A stretch of DNA of 64,000 nucleotides, from the NCBI GenBank assembly GCA_051313645.2, contig JBNRSN020000005.1, forward strand, positions 243,660,001 through 243,724,000, in the 5' to 3' direction. The notes beneath the pieces were generated by a model. It saw nothing but the letters and a program-made list of their open reading frames with translations. It was not told where the DNA came from and did not search any database. Shown here piece after piece: positions 24,545 to 36,396 of this stretch; positions within the stretch are counted from its first letter, which is position 1; each line of letters starts with the position of its first letter. The position numbers and the translations under genes were made by a program. The DNA is from Centroscyllium fabricii. Its lineage: Eukaryota.

Positions 24545-25440
24545 ATAAGAACATAAGTATTAGGAGCAGGTGTCGGCCATTCTCCCCTCGAGCCTGCTCT
24601 GCCATTCAATGAGATCATGGCTGATCTTCTACCTCAACTCCACTTTCCTGCACTATCCCCATATCCCTTGATTCCCTTAACACCCAAAAAGCTATCGATC
24701 TCTGTCTTGAAAATACCCAACCACTGAGCCGCCACAGCCCTCTGGGGTAGAGAATTTCAAAAGATTCACCGCCCTCTGAGTGAAGAAATTTCTCCTCATC
24801 TCAGTCTCAGAATAAGGGGTCGGCCATTTAGGACTATCATAGAAACATAGAAGCAGGAGTAGGCCATTCAGCCCCTCGAGCCTGCTATGCCATTCAGTGA
24901 GATCATGGCTGATCATCCAAATTCAGTACCCTGTCCCTGCCTTCTCCCCACATCCCTTGATCCCTTTAGCCTTAAGAAATATATCCAACTCCTTCTTGAA
25001 TATATTTAATGAACTGGCCTCCATGGCCCTCTATGGCAGAGAATTCCACAGGTTCACCACTCTCTGGGTGAAGAAATTCCTCCTCTCAGTCCTAAATGGC
25101 TTTCCACTTATCATAGAATCATAGAATCTCTACAGTGCAGATAGGGGCCATTTCGGCCCATCGAGCCTGCATCGACACACATCCCACCCTATCCCCGTAA
25201 CCCCACACATTCAATCCCCCTAACACTAAGGGTCAATTTATCCTGGCCGATCAACCTAACCCGCACATCTTTGGACTGTGGGAGGAAACCGGAGCACCCA
25301 GAGGAAACCCACGCAGACACGGGGAGAATGTGCAAACTCCACACAGATAGTACCCGAGGCTGGATTTGAACCCGGGTCCATAGTGCTGTGCAGCAACAGT
25401 GCTACCCACTATGCCACCATGCCACCCTTAGACTATGACC
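24545..25440 (-). mobile_element. Nested CR1 3' ends with an HE1 SINE (25113-25426)
   Basis: CR1 tail motifs; HE1 head and V-domain with a gattctatgattctatg tail. Confidence 0.85.
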
Positions 25441-26389
25441 CCTGTCAAGTGAGCACAGAACTGAACTCCGCTTTGATGCCCTTCCCACTGACCCCACCGC
25501 ACCCCAGAGTTGAATAACCTACAAGCACTGCCTGCGCGCACCAAGAATGGCCACTTTGGCGAGGTGCTGTGGGCTGCAGGTGGCAGTGAAATTGTAACCG
25601 AGAGAGGGCACACCAAGCGTTTAGTACAGACTAAATTTGAAATGGAATTTCCCCTTTAAGGCTTTCCAGTACCGGATAAGTACATGTGTAGTTGTGAAAG
25701 CCTTTTCGACATGATGGTAAACGTATCCCGGTTAATTTATTTTCATTAGATGCACACCGATCCCTTATAACCAACTTTGAGAGCTGCCCGTTCTCCACGA
25801 ATGCTCATCGACTGACGGGATGTTGTGAAAAACCGTAAGTGGGAGGAGGAGCTGGGGATAGGGTGGAAAGAGAAGCAGCGGAGGATCATTCTTGCTCAGG
25901 GTGAGGCTGCCTCAGACAGCTGGGGGGGGGGGGGGGGGGGGGCATGAAGTCAGAGGAACATGACGGGTCGAGCAGAAGGCCACAGTAGAAGGTAATCCGG
26001 GTTATTCTTCCTTCACGCAAAAGCAGTTGGTGACTGGTGATGCAGCCGAGAAAGAAAAATGCCAAGAAGGATCAGGCTCAAGAACTGAACAAATTTCAAA
26101 CAGAATCCCTGGGCTTTGTTGACCACTTGCTGGAATTATTCAGTATTAAAATTAAATAGCTCTTCAGCATAGCTTGTCCTTGGAATCTAAATCCTGAAGT
26201 GCAGCACAGGGGGGGGAAAAAGCTCGGCAGTGATATAGCGTCATTTTGTTTATCATCTTTTGATCAGATTTGGGGGGGTTTGGGAGAAGAGGAGAGCGCG
26301 CTGGGGAGCATTCTGGGTACCGAGTGTCAGCACGGAGCCTTCTTGGGCCAGATGCAGTTTTTTTTCTTGCATTCGTTCTCAGGATATCT

Positions 26390-27500
26390 CCGAATCACAG
26401 AAACTTACAGCACAGGAGGAGGCCATTCGGCCCGTCGTGCCTGTGCTGGCTCTTTGAAAGAGCGGCCGTGCTTAGTCCTACATCCCCGCTTCTTGTCCAT
26501 AGCCCTGTGAGTTCCTCCTCAAGAACCCGTCCAACTCCCTTTTAAAATTATTGATGGAATCAGCTTCGTCCACCGCTTCAGGTAGAATGTTCCAGATCCC
26601 AACTACTGAGTGGAAACATCTCTCCTCATCTCTCCTCTAGATCTTTTCACAATGATTTTGAATCTATGACCTCCACTTATTGACCCACTTGCTAGAGGGA
26701 ATCATTTTTCCCTATTTACCCTTGAAAAAGCTCTCATCTTGAACATCTCTATTAGGTCACATAGAAACATAGAAGATAGGAGCAGGAGTAGGCCATTCGG
26801 CCCTTCGTGCCTGCTCCGCCATTCAACGAGATCATGGCTGATCATCCAAACCCAGTAACCCGCCCCTGCCCTCTTCCCATATCCCTCAATCCCTATCGAG
26901 CCTGCACCGACACATCCCACCCTATCCCCGTAACCCCACACATTCAATCCCCCTAACACGAAGGGTCAATTTATCATGGCCAATCAACTTAACCCGCACA
27001 TCTTTGGACTGTGGGAGGAAACCGGAGCACCCGGAGAAAACCCACGCAGACACGGGGGGAAATGTGCAAACTCCACACAGATAGTGGATTTGAACCCGGG
27101 CCCCTTGCGGTGTGAGGCAACAGTGCTAACCACTATGCCACCGTGCCGTCACCTCTTAACCTTCTCTGTTCCAAGGAGAACAATCACAACTTTTCCAACA
27201 TTTCCTCATAACTGAAGTCTCTCATCCCTGGTAAACCTCCTCTGTACCCTTTCTGAGGCCTTAACATCTTTCCTGAAGTGTGGGGCCCTGAATTGTCCAC
27301 AATACTCCAGCTGAGGCCTAACCAAGTTCTAGCATGATCTCTTTGCTTTTATATTTTATTCCTCTTTTTATAAACCCAAGTAACCTTGCTTTTTAATGGT
27401 TTTTTTAACCACCTTATCAACGTGACATGACTCCTTTAAGGATTTGTGTACATGGACACCAAAGTCTCTCTGCTCATCTACACTTTTCAAAATTGTGCCA
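26390..27500 (-). mobile_element. Old CR1 fragment with an inserted HE1 SINE (26760-27150)
   Basis: CR1 C-terminal motifs on both sides of the SINE. Confidence 0.75.
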
Positions 27501-27509
27501 TTTACAGTA

Positions 27510-27849
27510 CAGATTGAGCACCGGTAATCCGGCACCCGATGATCTGGCAGCTTCAGTGGTCCGGCACGATTGGAAACTGGTGCTCTTCATTTTGCGGAGC
27601 AGCTGCACAGCGGCGCCACCGTTTCCCGCAAAGGGTGAGCGAGCGCCGAAGGCATCGGGCATTTGGGTTTCTGTTTTTCTAGGGCTTGTAAGTGTTCTAT
27701 CCCCGGGCTCCCTCCCGGGGAGTGTTCTACCCGCGCGCTCCGGGCCCCGGGAGTGTTCAACCACGCGCTGCCCCCGAACCTTCAGTGGTTCGGAATTTTC
27801 AGTGATCCGGCACCGGCCTGGTCCCGAGGGTGCCGGATTGCTCAACCTG
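27510..27849. mobile_element. Tigger-like MITE
   Basis: TA TSD; ends cag(a/g)ttgagca...tgctcaacctg. Confidence 0.8.
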
Positions 27850-29125
27850 TAATGATGTTCCCTACACCCGAGTCTAGGTCGTTTATAAAAATTGCAAACA
27901 GTAATGGACCCAAAACTGACCCTTGGGGAAGACCATTGCAAACCACCTCTCAGTCTGAAAAACATCCCCTCCCCCATTTCCCAGACCCCACACTGCCTTT
28001 TGTTTCATTTGCTGCCCTCTCAGCTCTGTAGCCAGGTTTCGACCCGAAACGGTTGACTCTATTTCACTCCCCACGGATGTTGCCTGGCTTGCTGAGTTTT
28101 TCCAGCGTTTTCTGTTTTTATTTCTCCTTTCTTGACTAGTGATGTAACATTAGCAACCCTCCAGTCCTCCGGCACTACTCCTGTATCCAATGAAGATTGA
28201 AAGATTGTGACCAATGCCTCTGCTATTTCTACCTTGATATTTAAGAAAGGACATACTTGCTCTCGCGGCAGTGCAAAGAAGGTTCACTAGGTTAATTCCG
28301 GGGATAATCTTAAAATAAGGGGCTGCCATTTCAAAACTGAGATGAGGAGAAACTTCTTCACTCAGAGGGTGGTGGGGCTGTGGAATTTGTTGCCCCAGAG
28401 AACTGCGGATGCTACTACATTGAATACATTTAAAACAGAGATAGACAGTTTCCTGGAAGTAAAGGGAACTAGGGGTTACATAGAAACGTAGAAGATAGGA
28501 GCAGGAGTAGGCCATTTGGCCCTTCGAGCCTGCTCCGCCATTCAATGAGATCATGGCTGATCATCCAAACCCAGCACCCCATCCCTGCCCCTTCCCCATA
28601 TCCCTCGATCCCTATCGAACCTGCACCGACACATATCCCACCCTATTACGGTGAGCGGGCAGGTAAGTGGACGTGAGGCTAGGTTCAGATCGGCCATGTG
28701 ATCTCCTGGACCAGTTTTCGATCGCCTAGATGGGTTGGAGAGGAATTTCCCAGATTCTTTCTCCCAAATTGGCCACTGGGTTTTTTATCTGGTTTTTCGC
28801 CTCTCCCGGGAGATGGAGAGTAAAAGTAAAATTGAGGTTGGATCAGATCAGCCATGATCTTGTTGAATGGCTGAGCAGGCTCGAGGGGCCGATTGGCCGA
28901 CTCCTGCTCCTATTTCTTATGTTATGTTCTTTGCTTCTTTCTGCAGCCTAGGATACATTCCACCTGGACCAGGTGACTTTCAGTAATGCTTATCTTGTCG
29001 GTATGTCTTCTCCATCTATTATTATCCTGTCCATAACTTCGCTCTCTTTTAGTGTAATTCCATGTGTTAAGTAGGTATGTCTCGCCTACTTTCTCTTTTT
29101 ATTTCTCTTCCATTGCTTTAAGATT

Positions 29126-29347
29126 CAATTCAATTCAATTCAAGTTTTATTGTCATTGCAGAGTACTAGTACAATACAACGAGACGAAGACTCGACTCTC
29201 CCGAGAGTAGTGCAAATAAATAAATTACATGCAAATTGCATACAGTAAAGTACATTATCAGGCGTGCAGGTACCGGGGTTTCTTTTTAGAGTTCAGGAGG
29301 CTGACAGCCCTGGGGAAGAAGCTGTTCTGAAATCTAGTCGTGCGGGT
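29126..29347 (-). mobile_element. Rex1/Babar-like LINE 3' end
   Basis: RTTRFQNSFFPRAVSLLN; (ttgaa)n tail; TSD gatt. Confidence 0.7.
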
Positions 29348-30627
29348 GATTGAAGTGGAATAGAGCGATCGGTGGTCCCACAGGGATTGTTTATAACTGG
29401 CCACCACAGCAATGTGGTTGACTCTTAATGCCCTCTGAAATGGCCTAGCAAGCCACTCAGTTGTAAACAACCGCTACGCAACATTGTGTGGGTGTACCTA
29501 CACCATATGGACTGCAGCGGTTCAAAAAGGCGGCTCACCACCATCTTCTCAAGGGCAATTAGGGATGGGCACCAAATGCAGGCCTAGCCAGCCAGCGACA
29601 CCCACATCCTGTCAACGAATAAAAAAAAAATCACATCATCCGCTTCCTTGGGCTGGCTGGCAGCAGAAAAATAGCCACATTGGCGTAAAAGCTCAACTGG
29701 TTCACTCGTATCCTTCAAGGAAGGGAATCTGGTGTGGCCTACATGTGACTCCTGTTGACCCTCGACGCCCACTGAGGTGGCCAGTTATAAACAATCCCTG
29801 TGGGACCACCGATCGCTCTATTCCACTTCAATCTTAAAGCAATGGAAGAAAAATAAAGAGAAAGTAGGCGAGACATACCTACTTAACACATGGAATCAAA
29901 CGAGCTAAGGGAGAGGATGGGAGTGGTAGCAAACGTAACACTGACCAATTCCAGTCATTACAAAGCAAAGCTGGGTTACAATTGCCAGATCACGAGAGTA
30001 GAATTCGGAGGCCGTTAAGGGAAAAAGAAAAACAGGGGTTGAGTTGAACAAAATATGGAAAAGGACAGAAAACAAAGCGAACATTTACAACTAAAATCAT
30101 TTCGTTTCGGTAGCTTGTCTCTCTCCCCCACAGTGCATAGCTCATGTCTCTTGACTCGCCACATAGACTTTCCTTCAAACATCACACTGTTAAGCCATAT
30201 CCACTGCCTGTTGCTTAACCCCTGCTCCTCTATAATTTGCCTCTTGATTTGACAAACAAATTAAAAAAGCGGAATCAAGGACAACTGCAAATCACCTCCT
30301 GTGATTGATTGTCTGCCAGACACGCATCTTCACAAATAGCTGGGTAACTGCCGTGAGTGCAGACATTACAGAACTACTTACACAGAGCACAGCCGGTACT
30401 CAGCACAAATAAATTAAGATGAATTTCTTTTGCCGCCAGGGCCATTTTTTCTTTTTACGGCCGGAAGATGAGGTCAACTGGAGGTCTTGCAATTCGAGGC
30501 GCAAATCATCGAGGGGGGGGGGGATGTTCTTGCACCCAAGGAGCAGCTTAAATCTGCACTGCGCAGGACTCCCAGTTCCGGGCACAATGGCAGAGCCTCA
30601 CGAAGATCAGCAGGAAACAAACTTAAA

Positions 30628-30936
30628 CGGTGGCATAGTGGTTAGCACTGTTGCCTCACAGCGCCAGGGGTCCAGGTTCAAATCCGGCCTCGGGTACTAT
30701 CTGTGTGGAGTTTGCACATTCTCCCCGTGTCTGCGTGGGTTTCCTCCGGGTGCTCCGGTTTCCTCCCACAGTCCAAAGATGTGCGGGTTAGGTTGATTGG
30801 CCAGGATAAATTGACCCTTAGACCCTTAGTGTTAGGGGGATTGAATATGTGGGGTTACGGGGATAGGGTGGGATATGTGTCGGTGCAGGCTCGATGGGCC
30901 GAAATGGCCTCTATCTGCACTGTAGGGATTCTATGA
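30628..30936 (+). mobile_element. HE1-like V-SINE
   Basis: A and B boxes, V-domain, tail gggattctatga. Confidence 0.85.
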
Positions 30937-31223
30937 ATTACAAAAAAAAATTAATTAATAGGGACAAATTGACAGTTGTGGTTCGCAAAATAGAAACTCA
31001 CACCAGGCAAGTTGGCCTACTATGGATAGGGAGAAGAGTGTAAATCAATCGGCTGGCTTTTTAACAATGCTACATTTTAAACATTTTCAATCCTTACTGC
31101 CGCAGGGATCAGGAATGGAGATCCAGCATGTGCAGCAAATATTTGGTCTCATTTTATTACTTGGTTTCAAAATGATGCTGGCTCAGCCTCTGCATTGAGT
31201 GACAGAGGCCGAGAACTGTGATA

Positions 31224-31805
31224 CAGGTTGAAGTTCGTTAATCCGGCACCCGAAAAACCGGCAACTTCGAACGTCCGGCAATAATTTCCCTGACTGCCCT
31301 GCGCAAAATGGCCACCGCGATCGATGCTTCGTCGAATGATCTGCGCATGCGCCACCGAACGACGAGCGCATGCGCAGATCATTCACAATGGCCGAGCCGA
31401 TCCCGAGCAGAGCCTGGCCGCTGCGAGCCTCCCCGAGCCTGGCCGCTGGGAGCCTCCCCGAGCCTGGCCGCTGGGAGCCTCCCCGAGCCTGGCCGCTGCG
31501 AGCCTCCCCGAGCCTGGCCGCTGCGAGCCTCCCCGAGCCTGGCCGCTGCGAGCCTCCCAGAGCCTGGCCGCTGCGAGCCTCCCCGCTGCGAGCCTCCCCG
31601 AGCCTGGCCGCTGCGAGCCTCCCCAAGCCGGGTCTCCCCGAACGATCAGCGCATGCACAGACCACTCAAAATGGCCGCCGGCCTTTCGCAGCGGCCATTT
31701 TGAATGGTCTGCGCATGCGCTTGCCGAAACTTCAATCATTCGGGATTTTCACTTGTTCGGTACGGGCCTGGTCCCACCCGTGCCGGATTAACGAACTTCA
31801 ACCTG
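31224..31805. mobile_element. Tigger-like MITE with an internal minisatellite
   Basis: Perfect 26-bp TIR caggttgaagttcgttaatccggcac; TA TSD. Confidence 0.9.
31405..31625. repeat. 25-bp GC-rich minisatellite (~8-9 copies)
   Basis: Unit gagcctggccgctgcgagcctcccc. Confidence 0.9.
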
Positions 31806-32125
31806 TATAAGTGTGGTAACCATGTTATATACTGAATTTACCACTGTATTATTGTGCCAATAATGGGCTGTGCTTATGTAAGGCACTGCCCTGTAACCCG
31901 TGTAATACTGTTGGGAGCCAGGTCAGCCACACCTCTAACTCCTCCCCCAGGTGAGGCCCCTTATAGGTGGAGACTGACCGAGGCTCCTCATTCCTGTGCA
32001 GATGTTCGTTCGGAGGGTAGCTCCAAGCTTAGCGATTAAATGCCTTTAGTTACAGTAACTACTCATCGTCTCTTTTAATCAGAGGTATTGACGATACGTC
32101 AATTTTAATCGCTAAGAGTTTTAAA

Positions 32126-33490
32126 ATGGACAGCGGTGTCACCGTCCCCGCAATGGAGAGCGGTGCAGTTAAACCAGAGAAGCTGGACATCAGTCCCCAG
32201 GACCCTGCCGCCGCCACCACGTTCGAACACTGGTTCGGCCTCCTGGAGGCCTACATGGACGCCGCCAAGGCTACAACAGACGGGAACAAGTTACAGGTCC
32301 TCCGGTCGAGGATCTCCAGCAGGGTATTCTCCCTCATCAGAAATGCCTCAACCTACGCAGCGGCTGTGGAGAAGCTAAGGAAATGCTACGAGCGCCCGGT
32401 CCATTCGGTCTACGCCAGACATGTGCTTGCAACCAGATCGCAGCTACCGGGTGAGACTAACGAGCAGTTCGAGCAAGCGCTCCAGGCCCTGGTACGGGTC
32501 TGTGGCTGCCAAGCAAGAACGGCTGAAGAGGAGGCGAATCTCCTCGTTCGCGACGCATATGTAACTGGACTAAGGTGTGTGGAAGCCCGCCAGCGGCTGC
32601 TGGAGAAAGACACTTTGTCCCTCGAGGATGCGATGGCTATATCTAATTCAGTAGAGGGGGCCCGAAACAAATTGCAGGCGTACAGCGGCACTAACCCGCA
32701 TGCCTACGACATATGGGCCGCGCCACAACGGGCCCAGGTCTGGGCAGCACCACAACGGGTCGAGACCCCCACGATGGCTGCGACAGCCACCAAAGATAAG
32801 CGCTGTTACTTCTGCAACCAGGGACTGCACCCAAGAGCGAGATGCCCAGCCAGGACAGTGACCTGCGAGAGGTGCGCCAAGAAAGGACATTATGCTAAGG
32901 CCTGCAGATCAGCTCCAGCAGCGCCTAGCTCAAGGTACAACAGTGCAGCCTGTGAGAGCGCCGACAGACACCAGGTAAGCTGCAATAGCAGCGCGACCCA
33001 GCAACGGTCCGGGGGTAGAAGACAAGCGCCCCCATCTCCCACCCCGATGCGGCAAAGGCCGGCCAAGCGCAACCCCCCCAACGCGGCCGGCTGCGTGCGA
33101 ATCACGGGCACCGCCAACCCGACCACCGCGGCTCGCTGCGTGCGAATCACGGGCACCGCCAACCCAGTCACCGCGGTCCGCTGCGTGCGAATCACGGGCG
33201 CCGCCAGCGCGCTCACAGCGGCCCATCATGTGCGACCCCTCGGCGCCGCCATTTTGTATCCAGGGCCCCACCATGTGCGAGCCAGGGGCGCCGCCATTTT
33301 GTATCCAGGGCCCCACCATGTGCGAGCCAGGGGCGCCGCCATTTTGTCTCCAGGGCCCCACCATGTGCAAACCAGGGGCGCCGCCATTTTGTGTACAGCA
33401 CCGACCAGCAGGGGGCAAACACACACGGAAGCACACGGCTGCTTCAGCCAGACCCAGAGTGAACCAGGACAGGCCACATACCCTGTCTAA
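32126..33490 (+). CDS. gag: Element B gag (C-terminal part probably out of frame)
   Basis: KPEKLDISP, YARHVLATRSQ, LVRDAYVTG; knuckles CYFCNQGLHPRARC and CERCAKKGHYAKAC. Confidence 0.85.
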   Translation: MDSGVTVPAMESGAVKPEKLDISPQDPAAATTFEHWFGLLEAYMDAAKATTDGNKLQVLRSRISSRVFSLIRNASTYAAAVEKLRKCYERPVHSVYARHVLATRSQLPGETNEQFEQALQALVRVCGCQARTAEEEANLLVRDAYVTGLRCVEARQRLLEKDTLSLEDAMAISNSVEGARNKLQAYSGTNPHAYDIWAAPQRAQVWAAPQRVETPTMAATATKDKRCYFCNQGLHPRARCPARTVTCERCAKKGHYAKACRSAPAAPSSRYNSAACESADRHQVSCNSSATQQRSGGRRQAPPSPTPMRQRPAKRNPPNAAGCVRITGTANPTTAARCVRITGTANPVTAVRCVRITGAASALTAAHHVRPLGAAILYPGPHHVRARGAAILYPGPHHVRARGAAILSPGPHHVQTRGAAILCTAPTSRGQTHTEAHGCFSQTQSEPGQATYPV

Positions 33491-36396
33491 CTCCATTATG
33501 CCCATTAAGATAAACGGCTATACTGTTAACTGTCTGTTTGACACTGGAAGCACGGAGAGCTTTGTACATCCTGATACAGTGCAGCGCTGCGGACTGCAGG
33601 TCCTGCCCACAAACTACCAAGTCTCCCAAGCTTCACAGTCCCACACCGCGGACGTCACCGGCTACTGCTCCGTCACGCTTACAGTCAACGGGTGTGTGTA
33701 CCATAATTTTAAATTGTATACCCTCCAGCAGTTGTGTGCCCCAGCCTTACTAGGTTTGGATTTCCAGTGCCACCTCAAGAGCGTGACAATGGAGTTCGGC
33801 GGGACCTTGCCCCCCCTCACCGTCAGTAGCCGGGTCAATCCCTTCACAAAGCGGAGCCCGGCCTGCGGCCTCTCTACCCTGAAAATCGACCCCCCCCCTC
33901 GCTGTTCGCCAACCTCGACCCCAAGTGCAAACCTATTGCCACAAAGAGTCGGCGGTACAGTGTGGGGGATCGCACGTTTATCAGGTCGGAGGTCAGGCGG
34001 ATGCTGAAGGAGGGGATAATTGAAGCCAGCACCAGCCCCTGGCGTGCCCAAGTTGTAGTGGTGAAGTCTGGCGAGAAACAACAGCTGGTGATCGATTACA
34101 GCCAGACTATCAACCGCTGCACCGGGCTCGACGCCTCCCCCCTCCCCCGCATCTCAGACATGGTCAACCAGATCGCCCAGTATAAGGTGTTCTCCACGAT
34201 CGACCTTAAATCGGCGTATCATCAGCTCCCGATCCGGAAAGCCGACCGCCCCTACACTGCCTTCGAGGCGAACGGTCGGCTCTACCACTTCCTCCGGGTC
34301 CCCTTTGGCGTGACCAACGGAGTGTCAGTGTTCCAGCGGGAGATGGACCGTATGGTTGACCAAAATGAGTTGCAAGCCACCTTCCCCTACCTGGACAACG
34401 TGACCATCTGCGGCCACGACCAGCAGGACCACGATGCCAATCTGGCCAGATTTCTCGACACGGCGGATAAGCTGGACCTCACGTATAACAAAGACAAATG
34501 TGTCTTTAATACAGACCGGCTCGCCATCCTCGGATACGTGGTGGAGAACGGGGTCCTCGGCCCCGACCCACAGCGTATGCGACCCCTTCAGGAACTGCCC
34601 CTACCTCACAACCCCAAAGCCTTGAGGAGATGCCTAGGATTTTTCTCCTATTATGCACAATGGGTCCCACAGTTCGCAGACAAGGCTAGACCACTCCTCA
34701 AGGCTGCCGTTTTCCCCCTCGGATAAAGGAAGACATCATCAAGGCGACCATGCTCGCTGTTGATGAATCCATCCCTTTCCAGGTGGAGAGTGACGCTTCG
34801 GACTTTGCCCTTGCTGCCACCCTGAATCAGGCAGGCAGGCCCGTAGCGTTTTTCTCCCACACCCTACAGGGACCCGAAACTCGCCACTCAGCAGTGGAAA
34901 AGGAGGCCCAGGCCATTGTGGAGGCCGTGCGCTACTGGCGTCATTACCTGGCCGGTAAGCGTTTTACCCTGCTCACCGACCAACGGTTGGTGGCGTTTAT
35001 GTTTAATAATAAACAACGGGGTAAAATCAAGAATGATAAGATCCTGCGGTGGCGGATCGAACTCTCGACTTACGAGTATGACATTCTTTACCGACCAGGT
35101 AAACTCAATGAACCCCCGGACGCACTGTCCAGGGGAACGTGCGCCAGTGCCCAGCTAGACCGGCTGAAGGACCTCCACGACTGCCTTTGCCACCCGGGTG
35201 TCACCAGACTCGCCCACTTCGTCAGATCCCGTAGCCTCCCCTACTCCATCACGGAGATCAAGGCTATGACCTGAGAGTGCCCTGTCTGTGCCGAGTGCAA
35301 ACCCCACTTTTTCCGGCCAGACACGGCGCACCTCATCAAGGCCACCCGCCCTTTTGAACGTCTCAGCGTGGACTTCAAAGGCCCCCTCCCCACCACTGAC
35401 CGCAACTCATACTTCCTCACGGTAGTAGATGAGTTCTCCCGCTTCCCCTTCCCCTTCCCCAGCGCAGATATGACGAGCGCAACGGTGATAAAACACTTCA
35501 CCACGCTGTTCGCCATTTTCGGTCTCCCCAGCTACATCCATAGCGACCGGGGGTCATCGTTCATGAGCGATGAACTGCGTCAGTTTCTGCTCCAGAAAGG
35601 GGTTGCCACGAGCAGGACGACCAGTTATAACCCCCGGGGGAACGGCCAGGTAGAAAGGGAGAATGGGATCATTTGGAAGGCGGTCACCCTGGCTCTGAAG
35701 TCCAGAGGCCTTCCAGTGTCCCATTGGCAGGCAGTCCTCCCAGACGCGCTGCACTCTATACGCTCTCTCTTATGTACAGCTACTAACACCACCCCGCACG
35801 ATCTGATTTTTGCCTTCCCCAGGAAATCGACTTCGGGGACAGCTCTCCCTCCATGGCTGACGACACCGAGGCCGGTCTTCCTTAGGAGACATGTCCGTAG
35901 CCACAAGACCGACCCCCTGGTGGACAAGGTGCAGCTCCTACACGCAAACCCACATTATGCATTTGTGCAGTTCCCGGACGGGCGGGAGGACACCGTGTCC
36001 ATCAGGGACCTGGCGCCCGCAGGAAGCACCACCGCAGAGCCCCTGGTCGGCCAGCAGGCCACTCAGCCACTGTATCCAGAGCACCCACCAGGCATACGAT
36101 GGCCCCCGAGTTTTCCAGAGCCCCAGCAGTGGCCAGTGCAGGACCACCACCCGGACGGCTTGGACCAGCTGGACCCATCGCCACCAGAAGCCACGGCACC
36201 TGAGCAACGGTCACCACTGGCGGACTCGAGTGGCACGGACCAGGAGGCAACACCACCACCACCACCGGAACGCCGGCGGTCCTCCAGGCAGACACGACCG
36301 CCGGACAGACTGATTGTTAATTGTTCGGTCCATTCACCCCCCCCGGACTTAAAATTTTCAAGAAGGGGTGAATGTGGTAACCATGTTATGTACTGA
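33090..36396 (+). pseudogene. pol: Element B pol (protease, RT, RNase H, integrase) with frameshifts, a deletion at ~34720 and a stop at 35272
   Basis: LFDTGS; IDLKSAYHQ, PFGVTN, YLDN; SDAS..EKE..TDQ; HHCC motif; DFKGP..VDEFSRF..HSDRG..GNGQVER. Confidence 0.95.

Noticed and set aside
31183-31810. Overlapping ORFs on both strands
   Set aside because: A stop-free GC-rich 25-bp minisatellite inside a MITE.
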